Source: Candidatus Uhrbacteria bacterium
GTDB taxonomy: Bacteria > Patescibacteriota > Patescibacteriia > UBA9934
NCBI GenBank assembly: GCA_003453595.1
Contig: DMOG01000026.1
Coordinates: forward strand, 6,567-70,566
DNA length: 64,000 nucleotides
Reading direction: 5' to 3'
Within the stretch, counting starts at the first letter, position 1. Each line of letters starts with the position of its first letter. Both the position numbers and the translations under genes were made by a program. Below, in pieces: positions 18,215-27,454 of the stretch. A model generated the notes under the pieces. The model did no database searches. It was not told the origin of the DNA and saw only the letters and a list, made by a program, of their open reading frames with translations.

Positions 18215-19153
18215 TTAAAATGATGAAGCAAAAAATTGCAGTGAAAGTGCTAAATTAACATTATGGTCGATGGCACGCTGTGACTGATTTAATGCACAAA
18301 GAGCCTTACGCAAAGACTCAGCACTATGGCTTTTAGCCAGTGGAAGCACATATTTTGAGTCTCGCGCATCAATCAAAACGAGCAAAGCTTCATGCAACCA
18401 CATCCTCCATAATTCTATCATGGATTGTACTTTCTGTTCACGCCCATCTTTTTGCTTAGTAATTTTTTCTACTAAGACCATGCGTTTATATAAAGGACTT
18501 TGTAAAAACTCTAAGGCTTCGTTGGCATCAGTCTCAAGTTCTGTACAAGTTTGTTCATCAATGCAAGCAAAAGCAACACCAGGTCGACCCATGCTTAATT
18601 GAGCCAAAAAGTCAGCACGGTCTTGTGAAAGGGTGAGTCGATCCTTGAGTTCGCCGGCGATCTCAACAATTGGCAAAGAGTGAAAAGAAATAGTTGCTAC
18701 TCGCGAACGAATGGTTTCCAAAAGATTTTGCGGGTTGTGAGCAATTAAAATGATGACCGTATCTTTTGATGGTTCTTCCAAAGTTTTCAAAAGTGCATTT
18801 TGTGCTGACTTGGTCATAGCGTCAGCATTATCAATAATCGCAATTTTTCTACCACCGCCCAAAGTGGAAAGCGACAGGGTTGACCGCAATTCTCGAATCT
18901 CATCAACAGAGATTGATGACTCATCTTGATTATTTATTCCCTCACCAACAATTGTGACATTGGTTGAAGTGTGAAGCTTGCTTGGCTCAAGTCCCAAAAG
19001 TAAAGCAGAAAATTCCTTAGCAAGCGTAGCTTTACCCAAACCTTTCGTGCCCGTGAAGCAATAAGCCTGCCCACAATGACCAGAATCAAGGATCGACCGC
19101 AAATAAGCGATTTGCTTCTCATGACCCAAAATAGTCGAAAATCTCTGATCCAT
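18215..19153 (-). CDS. holB: DNA polymerase III delta' subunit
   Basis: Has an AAA+ P-loop-like 'GQAYCFTGTKGLGKATLA' and 'IDNAD' resembling the delta' sensor. Confidence 0.7.
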   Translation of the reverse strand: MDQRFSTILGHEKQIAYLRSILDSGHCGQAYCFTGTKGLGKATLAKEFSALLLGLEPSKLHTSTNVTIVGEGINNQDESSISVDEIRELRSTLSLSTLGGGRKIAIIDNADAMTKSAQNALLKTLEEPSKDTVIILIAHNPQNLLETIRSRVATISFHSLPIVEIAGELKDRLTLSQDRADFLAQLSMGRPGVAFACIDEQTCTELETDANEALEFLQSPLYKRMVLVEKITKQKDGREQKVQSMIELWRMWLHEALLVLIDARDSKYVLPLAKSHSAESLRKALCALNQSQRAIDHNVNLALSLQFFASSF

Positions 19154-19194
19154 AGTGGAGTTATTTTATCACAAAACGCAGACGGCAGATAAAC

Positions 19195-19365
19195 TCGGTC
19201 TCTCCCCCTTTTACAAGGGGGGAGTGGGCTGTGCCCTTCGTAGCCCAGAGGGCGAAAAAGGGAGGGGGTTAATATAGCTTCCGCCTTCCGGAATAACCAC
19301 CCCTAGCCCCTCCTTAAAAAGGAGGGGGAACCAAGTATTCCTAATCCCAATCTCCTCAATCCCCT
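19195..19365. repeat. Cluster of palindromic repeat elements (CTCTCCCCCTTTTACAAGGGGGGAG; GGGCTGTGCCCTTCGTAGCCCAGAGGGC; AGGGAGGGGGTTAATATAGCTTCC; AACCACCCCTAGCCCCTCCTTAAAAAGGAGGGGG) at the left edge of high-GC island B
   Basis: Several hairpin-forming units are shared with the clusters at 30690-30925 and 33230-33375. Confidence 0.65.
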
Positions 19366-19729
19366 CCCAACCTACTCCCCCAAAATTCCCCATTATTCGC
19401 CCAATTTTGTCGCTTTACACTTGACAAAATCGCTTTTTTATGTTATATTTCTCCGTTCGCATAAAGGCAGAAAGAGCCTAAAATGCGAGTTCTTTTCCAC
19501 TTTGTCATCCCCTGGCTTGACCCTCCTATGCCTGCAAGGCTACGGAAGGGCTAGCCAGAGGATCCACCGACAGAAAATTTGCTGGATTCCTGCTTTCGCA
19601 GGAATGACAAAAAAATCTAGTTCTACAAAGCCCCGCCGGGCGAGGTCAAGTTCGACCTTGTCTGGCATCTGTTCGAAAACACCGGCCCAAAAGGCCACCA
19701 ACGCCCTCAAAAAGGGCAAGGAGGCCGAA

Positions 19730-20452
19730 ATGGCCGAAGAGAAGAAAAACGGGAAGCGTCAGGGCCCAGCCCTGTTCCTCTATCGCGGTCGAAAGGAGTG
19801 CGAAGAGCACCCCCTGACCGCGGACGAGCAGACCCTGGCCGACGCCCTGCGCGCCATGGCCACCATGGCCAACCAGGATCCGGCCGTCATGGCCAAGGTC
19901 CTGGAGATCGCCAAGGCCGCCCGTGCCCAGACCGAGCAGGCCCAGCTCAGCTGGTTGCTCGAGAACAAGCCGGACCAACTGGTCTACAAGGCCAAGTACG
20001 ATGTCCGACGCTTCCTCCAGCCCACGGACATGGCCTGCCAGGCCGTACTCGAGGCGGCGGGCAAGTCCGGGATATACCGCAAGTGGCGCGAAGGCGACAC
20101 CTGGAAGGACTCCGGGACCTTCCCCTACCGGTACGAGCTGGACAAAAAGACTGGCATGATCCGGCTCTCGTCCAACCTCGTCGCGGCAGCCCGCGTGATG
20201 TACTTCATCGCGGGTAGTCAGAAGAAGGGCGTCCGCATGTCCTTCGCCGAGACCGGTGACCGGCTGGTCGCTCTGGGTGCCCTGACCCAGAAGCAGCTGG
20301 CGGACATCCGCAAGCAAGCCGGTCCGCTGGCCGTCAAGGCCGGTGGCTCGGAGCAGGAACTCGAATTCCGACCGACAGCCGGGCGCCAGTTGGCGCAGGC
20401 CAAGGGAGGTGGCCTCACCGCCACCATGGCCGAGATGGCCGGCAAGGGCTAG
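19730..20452 (+). CDS. Ala-rich hypothetical protein in high-GC island B (about 63% GC); start assigned at MAEEKK with an AAGGAGG RBS
   Basis: A strong SD lies 6 nt upstream of ATG 19730. The opposite-strand ORFs here are GC shadows. Confidence 0.55.
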   Translation: MAEEKKNGKRQGPALFLYRGRKECEEHPLTADEQTLADALRAMATMANQDPAVMAKVLEIAKAARAQTEQAQLSWLLENKPDQLVYKAKYDVRRFLQPTDMACQAVLEAAGKSGIYRKWREGDTWKDSGTFPYRYELDKKTGMIRLSSNLVAAARVMYFIAGSQKKGVRMSFAETGDRLVALGALTQKQLADIRKQAGPLAVKAGGSEQELEFRPTAGRQLAQAKGGGLTATMAEMAGKG

Positions 20453-20594
20453 ACCACTTCCCGCGTGCAGGACACAATCGTTGAGACCAACTACCCCAGA
20501 GTCTCCGATTGCCTGTACGCGGGTCACGCAGAGTTTATGATGCGAATCATCATAAGTTCTGAGTGACCTGAAAATTTGAGAGAGATTATTAAAA

Positions 20595-20635
20595 AACACT
20601 TTAGATTTGTTTATGGCAAATCTAAGGTGTTTTTA
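20595..20635 (+). terminator. Intrinsic terminator (15-bp stem AACACTTTAGATTTG / CAAATCTAAGGTGTT followed by TTTT)
   Basis: Read directly from the sequence. Confidence 0.6.
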
Positions 20636-20883
20636 CACAGCAACCTGGAGGTTGATGGATTTCTTCTGACAATCATTTAATGTTATCAGGAGGATTTGGA
20701 ACCTCAAGTTCTAGGACCTGGCCTTGGCTAGCTCCCAGTACACACCCGAGGTTCCTCGGGGCATATTTCTTCGGAAGTCACTGCCCCACATGTTCCTAGC
20801 TAGTCTAGGAGCTCTACATCACCTCCAGATTGCTGTGCCTAAAAAACACGCATTCCAAAAACCCGCACACCCAGGAGAGAAGA

Positions 20884-21467
20884 TGACGCAGTTTGTATCC
20901 GACCGGAACGGTCGCGTCGTGGTCGGGGCCTCCTGCCCCGACATCGGCGAGCTCGGCCTGGCCAACCTGTACGACGACGGAGACGAGGTTGCCCAGTCGT
21001 ACGACCCCCTGCGGCGGTGCAAGCCGCTCGTCGACGAAGTCGATGAGGACTGCCTCGCGCTCGAAGAGATCAACCTCGACGAGGCGCAAGCCCCGTGGTG
21101 GTATGACTTCTGCGATGAGCGCGAGGCGATCGAGCCCGACGAAGACGATGCCCCGACCGAGGCCACCCTGCCGGCCGACGCGGACAACGACGACGACCTC
21201 GACGAGCTCGACGCCATGGCCGAGCATGTCGCCAAGGGTTTCGACATGGAGATCCTGGAGGAACGCGCGTTGCGTGCCCACCTCCAGGACAGAGATCCCG
21301 GCCGCCAGCCGGCCAACAAGGGGGGGAGCTGGATCCATCGGCGCCCCCGGCAGTGGGTCGTGGCTCGTGGCCACGACTCCATCCTGCAGGCCACGCCCCG
21401 TCGGACGCCCAAGGCGTTCTGCGAGGCCGAGCGGCTCGCCGACATCCTCGCCGAGGCCACGGCCTAG
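20884..21467 (+). CDS. Acidic (Asp/Glu-rich) hypothetical protein in high-GC island B; start assigned at MTQFVS with an AGGAGAGAAG RBS
   Basis: The ORF has an SD and is followed by a 24-bp perfect palindrome CCCCCGACACAGCTGTGTCGGGGG at 21490-21513. Confidence 0.5.
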
Positions 21468-21529
21468 TCGCGGACTCGACCTACTATGCCCCCGACACAG
21501 CTGTGTCGGGGGCGTTGCGCGTTCTAAAT

Positions 21530-21594
21530 GGGGTCAGGTCTTTACTCGGAACACCTCATATCGATTTGGGTGTTCCGAGTAAAGACCTGACCCC
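21530..21594. repeat. Long-stem hairpin element, copy 1 (26-bp arms GGGGTCAGGTCTTTACTCGGAACACC / GGTGTTCCGAGTAAAGACCTGACCCC around a 13-nt loop)
   Basis: A perfect inverted repeat. The same arms recur at 49939-50003 with a different loop. Confidence 0.8.
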
Positions 21595-21598
21595 ATCT

Positions 21599-22372
21599 TT
21601 ATTCCTCCTGTCCTATTTTCGCCAGCCTCACTGCTTCATTCCAGGCTAGCTCTAGTGTTGCTCGGGCAGTGTCGGCTATTGTTTTGGATTGGATTTCGAC
21701 AGCGATAATCCCTTGAGTGTATGAGAATAAGACAAGTCTATCGCCACAGACTGTCATCTCCCCTTTGATATCAATCAAATCTGGATCAATAACCACATAT
21801 TCAAAATTATTTAGCAGATCCAAATGCGATACATCTTGTTTTGTGGCTATAATGGTTTTTACTTTTCTATCTTTCCTTTTGAGTTCCCTAGCATGCTCCT
21901 GCTCTTTGGCTGGATCATACAATTTCTTGAGCGTATCAAGCCCAACAATCTGAATCATATCCTCATCAAGCATCTCATACTCAGTCTGCATGGCTCGCAA
22001 GCCAGTCACCCGCTCAAAATATCGAATCTTTGGCTTGGCGCTGTCTTGATTATAAAAAACCTGCAGTCTAGTAATTACTTCATTTGCCCGCATTTGACGC
22101 TTTTGTAGTTCCCTTTGTTGCAACTCTAAAAGCGTCAAAATTGACCCTGGTGCTTCTGCTCTGTACTGTCGTTGATCCTCGGATGATACCAAAGTAATCA
22201 TTCCCTTTTTGCGCAAACTTTCTAAAACAGAATAGGTTGTGGCTCGATTGATATTTGCTTTAACTCCAATCTCGTTTGCACCAGTTGGCCCAAACTCCAA
22301 AGCCGTGACATAAATCACAGCTTCATTGTGCGTGAATCCCAGTTGTACTAAATCAATTATCAAATCTTGCAT
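21599..22372 (-). CDS. TrmB-family transcriptional regulator
   Basis: Has an N-terminal wHTH 'AVIYVTALEFGPTGANEIGVKANINRATTYSVLESLRKKGMI' and a TrmB-like C-terminal domain. Confidence 0.65.
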   Translation of the reverse strand: MQDLIIDLVQLGFTHNEAVIYVTALEFGPTGANEIGVKANINRATTYSVLESLRKKGMITLVSSEDQRQYRAEAPGSILTLLELQQRELQKRQMRANEVITRLQVFYNQDSAKPKIRYFERVTGLRAMQTEYEMLDEDMIQIVGLDTLKKLYDPAKEQEHARELKRKDRKVKTIIATKQDVSHLDLLNNFEYVVIDPDLIDIKGEMTVCGDRLVLFSYTQGIIAVEIQSKTIADTARATLELAWNEAVRLAKIGQEE

Positions 22373-23442
22373 ACATCCCTAATTGCTTTCCAAGTTTTCT
22401 GAGCTGTCTTTTCCCATGAAAAAAACTTAATTCTTTCATAGCCTTTTCTTATCAACAAAGCGCGCTGATCATCAGTCATTGCTTCCAAAGCATCAATCCA
22501 AGCATCAGCATCTGTTGGTGACGCAAATATGGCACTGTCTGCGCATACTTCGCGTAGAGCTGGAATGTCAGAGGCAATCACTGGCACACCAGCATCCATA
22601 GCTTCCAAAGCTGGTAAACCAAATCCTTCGTAGCTTGATGGAAATGTGTAAGCCCAGGCGCCAGAAAGTAAATCATTCATATCCTCAACATAACCTAAAA
22701 CCTCAATTCTATCTTTAAATTCTGATCCTTTAATACGCTCCATAATACGGTCAGCGCCATCGCCTGGCTTACCAGCAATCTTTAGCATCAGATCAGACTT
22801 TGGGTGTAAAGCACAATATGCATCAAAAACATCAATTAAAAACTCAATATTTTTCTTTGTCTCCACTCTGCCAATTGTTAGCAAATAATGAGGTAACCTG
22901 ACATTGGACTCGATTCCTATTCTTCGCATCCCAAGTCGAGTAATCCTTATGCGATTTACCGGAACTTTATAAACACTTACTAGGTCATCACAGGTTGTTT
23001 CTGACACACATAAAATTTTGTCAGCCACCCGCACAGCCCACCAAATTGCTAGCCGCTGACGGAGGCGAACAAAAAATGTATACACCTCTGGTACATGGAC
23101 AAAGGCAATGTCATGGATGGTGTTCACAATTGTTGTTCGCAAAGCTCCCAGCGGAATTTCATGAGCTGGAGAGAAAAATATATCCGGCGGATTTACCAAA
23201 AGTTCAAAGCTCAAACGCAGATGAGTCCAGCCTTTTTTGATCAATGGCAATTTTAAAATCTTCCATTCCCAACCGGTTGGCAAATCACCAAGACCTGCAA
23301 TAACTTCACTTGAATATAAAAACACCCGCTCGCTATCTCGGAGCGGTAGTTTTTTCATTTCACTAATTAACTCAAAAACATAATTTTCAACACCAGTGTA
23401 TTGAGTTCGGGCCAAGGCGTTTACTTCGATTCCCAAAATCAT
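22360..23442 (-). CDS. Glycosyltransferase family 4
   Basis: The GT4 C-terminal motif 'EGFGLPALEAMDAGVPVIASD' is present. The start is set at MILGIEV directly after the mreB stop; the ORF frame extends to 23514. Confidence 0.8.
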   Translation of the reverse strand: MILGIEVNALARTQYTGVENYVFELISEMKKLPLRDSERVFLYSSEVIAGLGDLPTGWEWKILKLPLIKKGWTHLRLSFELLVNPPDIFFSPAHEIPLGALRTTIVNTIHDIAFVHVPEVYTFFVRLRQRLAIWWAVRVADKILCVSETTCDDLVSVYKVPVNRIRITRLGMRRIGIESNVRLPHYLLTIGRVETKKNIEFLIDVFDAYCALHPKSDLMLKIAGKPGDGADRIMERIKGSEFKDRIEVLGYVEDMNDLLSGAWAYTFPSSYEGFGLPALEAMDAGVPVIASDIPALREVCADSAIFASPTDADAWIDALEAMTDDQRALLIRKGYERIKFFSWEKTAQKTWKAIRDVCKI

Positions 23443-23443
23443 A

Positions 23444-24448
23444 CTAACCAGTAAACACACTGCGTTTGTAAGCATCCAAATTATCCAAAGCAATTCCTGT
23501 GCCCTTAGCCACACAAAGCTGGGCCTCTTCTGCTAAATATGTCGGCACTCCAGTTGCCTCAGCAATGAGTCGATCAAAGTTTCGTAACTGAGCACTGCCA
23601 CCAGAAATAACAATTCCCTTATCCATAACATCAGCCGAAAGCTCTGGTGGGGTTTTATAAAGCACTTCTTTAATTGATCCTAAAATCCCTTCCAAAAGTG
23701 GTTGGATCGCCTCGGTAACATCATCAGAGGTGACAATCATAATCTTTGGCAATCCGGTAATCATGTCCCGTCCTTTTACTTCCATTTCTAGCTTATCTTC
23801 AAGATATAGTGCAGAACCAACGCGAATCTTAATGTCTTCAGCGGTCCGCTCTCCCACGGCTAGGTTATATTTTTTTCTTATATGGTCCATTAGCGCATGA
23901 TCAAACTTTACGCCACCAATGCGCACAGAATCTGATGTCACAATTCCACCAAGTGAGATTACCGCCACCTCGGTTGTTCCTCCGCCGATTTCAACAACCA
24001 TGTGACCGGACGGACTACCAATAGGGATATTGGCTCCAATAGCAGCTACAATTGGCTGACGGATAATATAGGCAGATTTTGCACCAGCCGAAAGTGCAGC
24101 ATCAATAACTGCCCGGCGTTCTGTTGAAGTAATCCCGCCAGGAACAGCAATCATCACTTCTGGACGGAAAAGCCGCATTCCTCCCAAAGCTTTGTTAATA
24201 AAATAACGAAGCATTGCTTCTGTTGTTTTATAGTCAGCAATGACTCCGTCTTTAAGCGGGCGTTGAGCAACAATTGTATCTGGCGTTCGGCCAAGCATGT
24301 CCTTGGCCTCTTTTCCCACGGCCAAAACCTTTCTGTCACTTTTAGAAACTGCCACAACTGATGGTTCATTGATAATAATTCCACGCTTTGGAATGTATAC
24401 CAGAACCGTGGTTGTACCAAGATCAATTCCAATTTTTTTGTCGAACAT
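23444..24448 (-). CDS. mreB: Rod shape-determining protein MreB
   Basis: Actin-fold motifs 'IGIDLGTTTVLVY' and 'EIGGGTTEVAVISLGG' are present. Confidence 0.9.
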   Translation of the reverse strand: MFDKKIGIDLGTTTVLVYIPKRGIIINEPSVVAVSKSDRKVLAVGKEAKDMLGRTPDTIVAQRPLKDGVIADYKTTEAMLRYFINKALGGMRLFRPEVMIAVPGGITSTERRAVIDAALSAGAKSAYIIRQPIVAAIGANIPIGSPSGHMVVEIGGGTTEVAVISLGGIVTSDSVRIGGVKFDHALMDHIRKKYNLAVGERTAEDIKIRVGSALYLEDKLEMEVKGRDMITGLPKIMIVTSDDVTEAIQPLLEGILGSIKEVLYKTPPELSADVMDKGIVISGGSAQLRNFDRLIAEATGVPTYLAEEAQLCVAKGTGIALDNLDAYKRSVFTG

Positions 24449-24492
24449 AGAAATAAACCTCCTGCTATCCTAACTCATTCTAGCGCAATTAT

Positions 24493-26490
24493 TTAAAACT
24501 GTACTAAGAACTCCAAGTCCTGAACTAAATCTGTGTTCAAGTAATATGAATTATCTCCATACCCTTCTGAGCTCTCCGATGGCTGTGCAGCTCTTAATTT
24601 TTTACCAAAATCAAGGTCTAAAGTCAACGGGGCCTGTTGAGAACCTATTTGCTTAAAAACAGTCAAATCATATGAATTCTTAGCAATCGCCTGATCAACA
24701 CTATCTGGTAGTCGATAATGAAATGATAGAGTTTTGTTTTCTCCTGGTTCAATCACAATATAAGCCCCAAATCTTTGCATGTCAGACTCTTTAGCAGAAG
24801 ATGCATCAGCACCATTTGTAGAAATAAGTTGGCTTCCAAGTGGGGCTATAACGCTTGTATAACTTTGATATCTGGTCGTACGCCAATTAAAATCTCCGTT
24901 ATGATGATAAGTGATATCAACATAGGCCTCATAATGATCATCGACTTTTTCAATAGCATATTCGATTTCCTTTGACATGGCATGATCAGTTTTCAATGCA
25001 CCCATATTTGCGTCCACTACCATTAAATAATCATCAGAGTCAGAAATGTCCATAATCGACGCCCAGCCAGCGTCTTCAAAAACAACCTGAGTCTGAGCAT
25101 CAAAGCTATAAAGCGCCATCTGCTTTTGGGTAAACATTGATGAGAAAACATTTATAAGCGCCGGCAATTGGGCAATTTGTGTATTCATCAATCGCGCCAT
25201 TATCTCATCCATTAAATCATTAATGATTTCTTTTCGATCCTCCCAGGCAACTCCTGACTCAACAAATCCATATTCAACTTCATACTCCAAAGTCTCAGTG
25301 AAGTTTTCACTGGTAAATGTAGTACCATCAACCGTGATATCGCCAACTATATTCAAAAGATTTTCAATTACTGTTGGGGTCAAGCCAATCACGCCGTGTA
25401 TCTCTGGAACTGGCAGACCGGCAAAAGCATACTCCTGTCGAAGAAGTTGAACTGATGTTTTTGAAGATTCTGCAAAATCAGGCGCCCAATTTGCATCCCT
25501 AAAGTACCAGGTATCCAAGCCTAAATAATCTGAAATTGCTTGTGGTGGCACAACATTATATGCATCGCTTTCAACTAATTCATCGATTGAATATGTATTA
25601 TCAGTTGAAATATCCAATATTTCACCATCACGAATCTGAAGAAGTCCATAGACTCCCATAAAACCACCTCCCGGACGCATTTCGGTGTTGTTTAAAAACA
25701 ACAATAGCCACTGTCTGTCACTACCAACCCCTGCTAACTCATCGATTGACTGAGCAAACGGAGTAATAAGCTCAACCGCCGCATAAATACTTGGCAAAAT
25801 TTCTTGCAGTTGATCAACCACTGTTTGCATTGAACCAATTAATTGTTCATCCTTAAGCTGGTTTAATTCTTCCTGAGCAAGTGTTACCTGAATTTTCGCC
25901 TGTGCCAAATCTGGTGCAATGGATTGGAGTGTTTGCAACATCTCGACCCGTACCTGAGCTGGCAATGTGTTAAATGTATATGACTTTTCCAGGCCAGGAA
26001 TTTCATCAAGCGTTTCCTGTATTTTTTCAAGCGAACTATAAACATCAGATGCAATTAAAAGCGCATCATCAATAACATTAACCAAGGCAACGCCTGTATC
26101 TACTAACACAACCAAGGCATGAACTTGATCGCCAACCCACGGTAAAACAGTCAGTGGCTTAGCAATCCAAAGACATGTTTGAGCTGTATGAAGGTCCATC
26201 TGCGCTTGCCAAACATCAATTTGAGCCTCATCAAATTCAAATGCCAATGCATGTTCCTGGGCACTTTCCAGCGCAGACTTGGCGTCAAGAGCTGAGGCGA
26301 CAAATCGTCCAATAAATAAAAGCGCGATCAAAACTAAAACAATAATAATTCCCAACACAGTCGCCACTCCAACTTTTTTTCTGCGAGATGGTAGCCTGGG
26401 CGGTTCATAGGAAACCAAAGGTTCAATTTCGCTGACCTCAGGCCCAGACAAAGCATCTGGTGTTTCCAAAAAATTTAATCCTCGATTCAT
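24493..26490 (-). CDS. Membrane-anchored DUF4012-like cell-envelope protein
   Basis: Has a single N-terminal TM helix, a 'PGGGFMGVYGLLQIRDGEI' motif recalled from DUF4012 proteins, and lies in a glycosylation locus. The ORF frame continues to 26574 into a repeat. Confidence 0.45.
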   Translation of the reverse strand: MNRGLNFLETPDALSGPEVSEIEPLVSYEPPRLPSRRKKVGVATVLGIIIVLVLIALLFIGRFVASALDAKSALESAQEHALAFEFDEAQIDVWQAQMDLHTAQTCLWIAKPLTVLPWVGDQVHALVVLVDTGVALVNVIDDALLIASDVYSSLEKIQETLDEIPGLEKSYTFNTLPAQVRVEMLQTLQSIAPDLAQAKIQVTLAQEELNQLKDEQLIGSMQTVVDQLQEILPSIYAAVELITPFAQSIDELAGVGSDRQWLLLFLNNTEMRPGGGFMGVYGLLQIRDGEILDISTDNTYSIDELVESDAYNVVPPQAISDYLGLDTWYFRDANWAPDFAESSKTSVQLLRQEYAFAGLPVPEIHGVIGLTPTVIENLLNIVGDITVDGTTFTSENFTETLEYEVEYGFVESGVAWEDRKEIINDLMDEIMARLMNTQIAQLPALINVFSSMFTQKQMALYSFDAQTQVVFEDAGWASIMDISDSDDYLMVVDANMGALKTDHAMSKEIEYAIEKVDDHYEAYVDITYHHNGDFNWRTTRYQSYTSVIAPLGSQLISTNGADASSAKESDMQRFGAYIVIEPGENKTLSFHYRLPDSVDQAIAKNSYDLTVFKQIGSQQAPLTLDLDFGKKLRAAQPSESSEGYGDNSYYLNTDLVQDLEFLVQF

Positions 26491-26507
26491 GAAAACATTA
26501 TAGCAGT

Positions 26508-26592
26508 TTCGCGAAACTAAGTCAGTTAGACTTAGACACAGAGACTTAGACATTTTGTCTAAGTCTCGAAGCACTTTAGCTTGATTTTATTG
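26508..26592. repeat. Left flanking repeat of the IS200-like element (two hairpins: CTAAGTC-agtta-GACTTAG and GACTTAGACA-ttt-TGTCTAAGTC, plus CGAAGCACTTTAGCTTGATTTTATTG)
   Basis: A near-identical copy lies at 27370-27449 in direct orientation. Confidence 0.75.
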
Positions 26593-26638
26593 ATTTTTTT
26601 TTATTTTGTATAATCCTTTTCAGCTATATTTCAATAGA

Positions 26639-27250
26639 CTAGATCTTCAATCCAAAATCAATATTCATAGGACAACCATATTTTATCCAATCGATTAAAA
26701 ACTTGTCATACTCTTCACTACAGTCAAATTCATCATAGATTGATTGGCTATTACAGACATTATTACATTTACTAAATAATCTTGGATAACTAGACCATTG
26801 ATAATTCTGTAAATATTTAATGGCTTCTTGCACATTATCGACACCCTTCACCTTCCAATCTGGAAATAAGTATTTTAATGGATTCAAATGGATATATCGT
26901 GATATATGCAATAAATATCCATCATTATCAATTTCCTTAACCTTATAAGGTCCTTCGAATATACACCCAGTTCTTCGACTTATATCGTTATATCTGACAG
27001 TCGAGCTTATCCCAATTTTTTGCATAAACTTAGATATTCCTCCGTCAATTTTCTGCCTTAATAACAAATGAAAATGGTTATCCATCAAACAATAACAAAC
27101 AATATCGACTAATTGTTTACTTTTATTAAACCTCTTAAGGTTATACAAGAAAAATTTTCGATCATAATCACTTTTAAACAGTGGCTGCTTATCAACGCTT
27201 CTATTATATATATGGTAAAAACCATCATTAACTAAATTTTCGCGACGCAT
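26639..27250 (-). CDS. IS200/IS605-family or REP-associated tyrosine (Y1 HUH) transposase-like protein
   Basis: Has 'HIYNRSV...CYCLMDNHFHLLL', which is the HUH motif (HFHLL), a downstream catalytic Tyr region, and a size typical of about 200 aa. Confidence 0.7.
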   Translation of the reverse strand: MRRENLVNDGFYHIYNRSVDKQPLFKSDYDRKFFLYNLKRFNKSKQLVDIVCYCLMDNHFHLLLRQKIDGGISKFMQKIGISSTVRYNDISRRTGCIFEGPYKVKEIDNDGYLLHISRYIHLNPLKYLFPDWKVKGVDNVQEAIKYLQNYQWSSYPRLFSKCNNVCNSQSIYDEFDCSEEYDKFLIDWIKYGCPMNIDFGLKI

Positions 27251-27369
27251 AATTAATTTGTTAAGAATAAAATAACCCCAGCTGTTTTATCAGCTTGGGA
27301 GTGTGTTTGCTTATCTATTGCACCAAAAATACATTCTAAAGTCAATATAAGTTGTGCATATCCAATCAA

Positions 27370-27449
27370 GTGTCTTAGTCAATTTGACTTAGACATAGAG
27401 ACTTAGACAAAATGTCTAAGTCTCGAAGCACTTTAGCTTGATTTTATTG
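27370..27449. repeat. Right flanking repeat of the IS200-like element (GACTTAGACA-aaa-TGTCTAAGTC hairpin; the loop is inverted relative to the left copy)
   Basis: A direct sequence match to 26508-26592. Confidence 0.75.
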
Positions 27450-27454
27450 GGTTT

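Larger units (their letters stand above)
26508..27449. mobile_element. Putative compact IS200/RAYT-like element: transposase gene bracketed by about 80-bp direct repeats carrying GACTTAG-based hairpins
   Basis: An HUH transposase homolog lies between two near-identical hairpin-containing repeats. Confidence 0.55.

Noticed and set aside
19646-20599. 317-aa minus-strand ORF and other overlapping ORFs (19798-20217, 20814-21374, 20819-21460, 20893-21582) in island B
   Set aside because: These are GC-induced shadow ORFs with Arg/Gly/Pro-rich low-complexity translations. The sense-strand genes have SD sequences and coherent composition.
19400-21600. Interpretation of the high-GC islands as simple contamination or a chimeric contig
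   Set aside because: This is not adopted as the primary reading, but it cannot be excluded. Three separate islands of 1-2 kb are each flanked on both sides by native low-GC sequence and by the genome's own repeat family. One island gene carries a GGGGTTTTGTCAAGG motif resembling that at the rpmG promoter upstream. A chimera would more likely give one long foreign block. Read-level junction support is needed.
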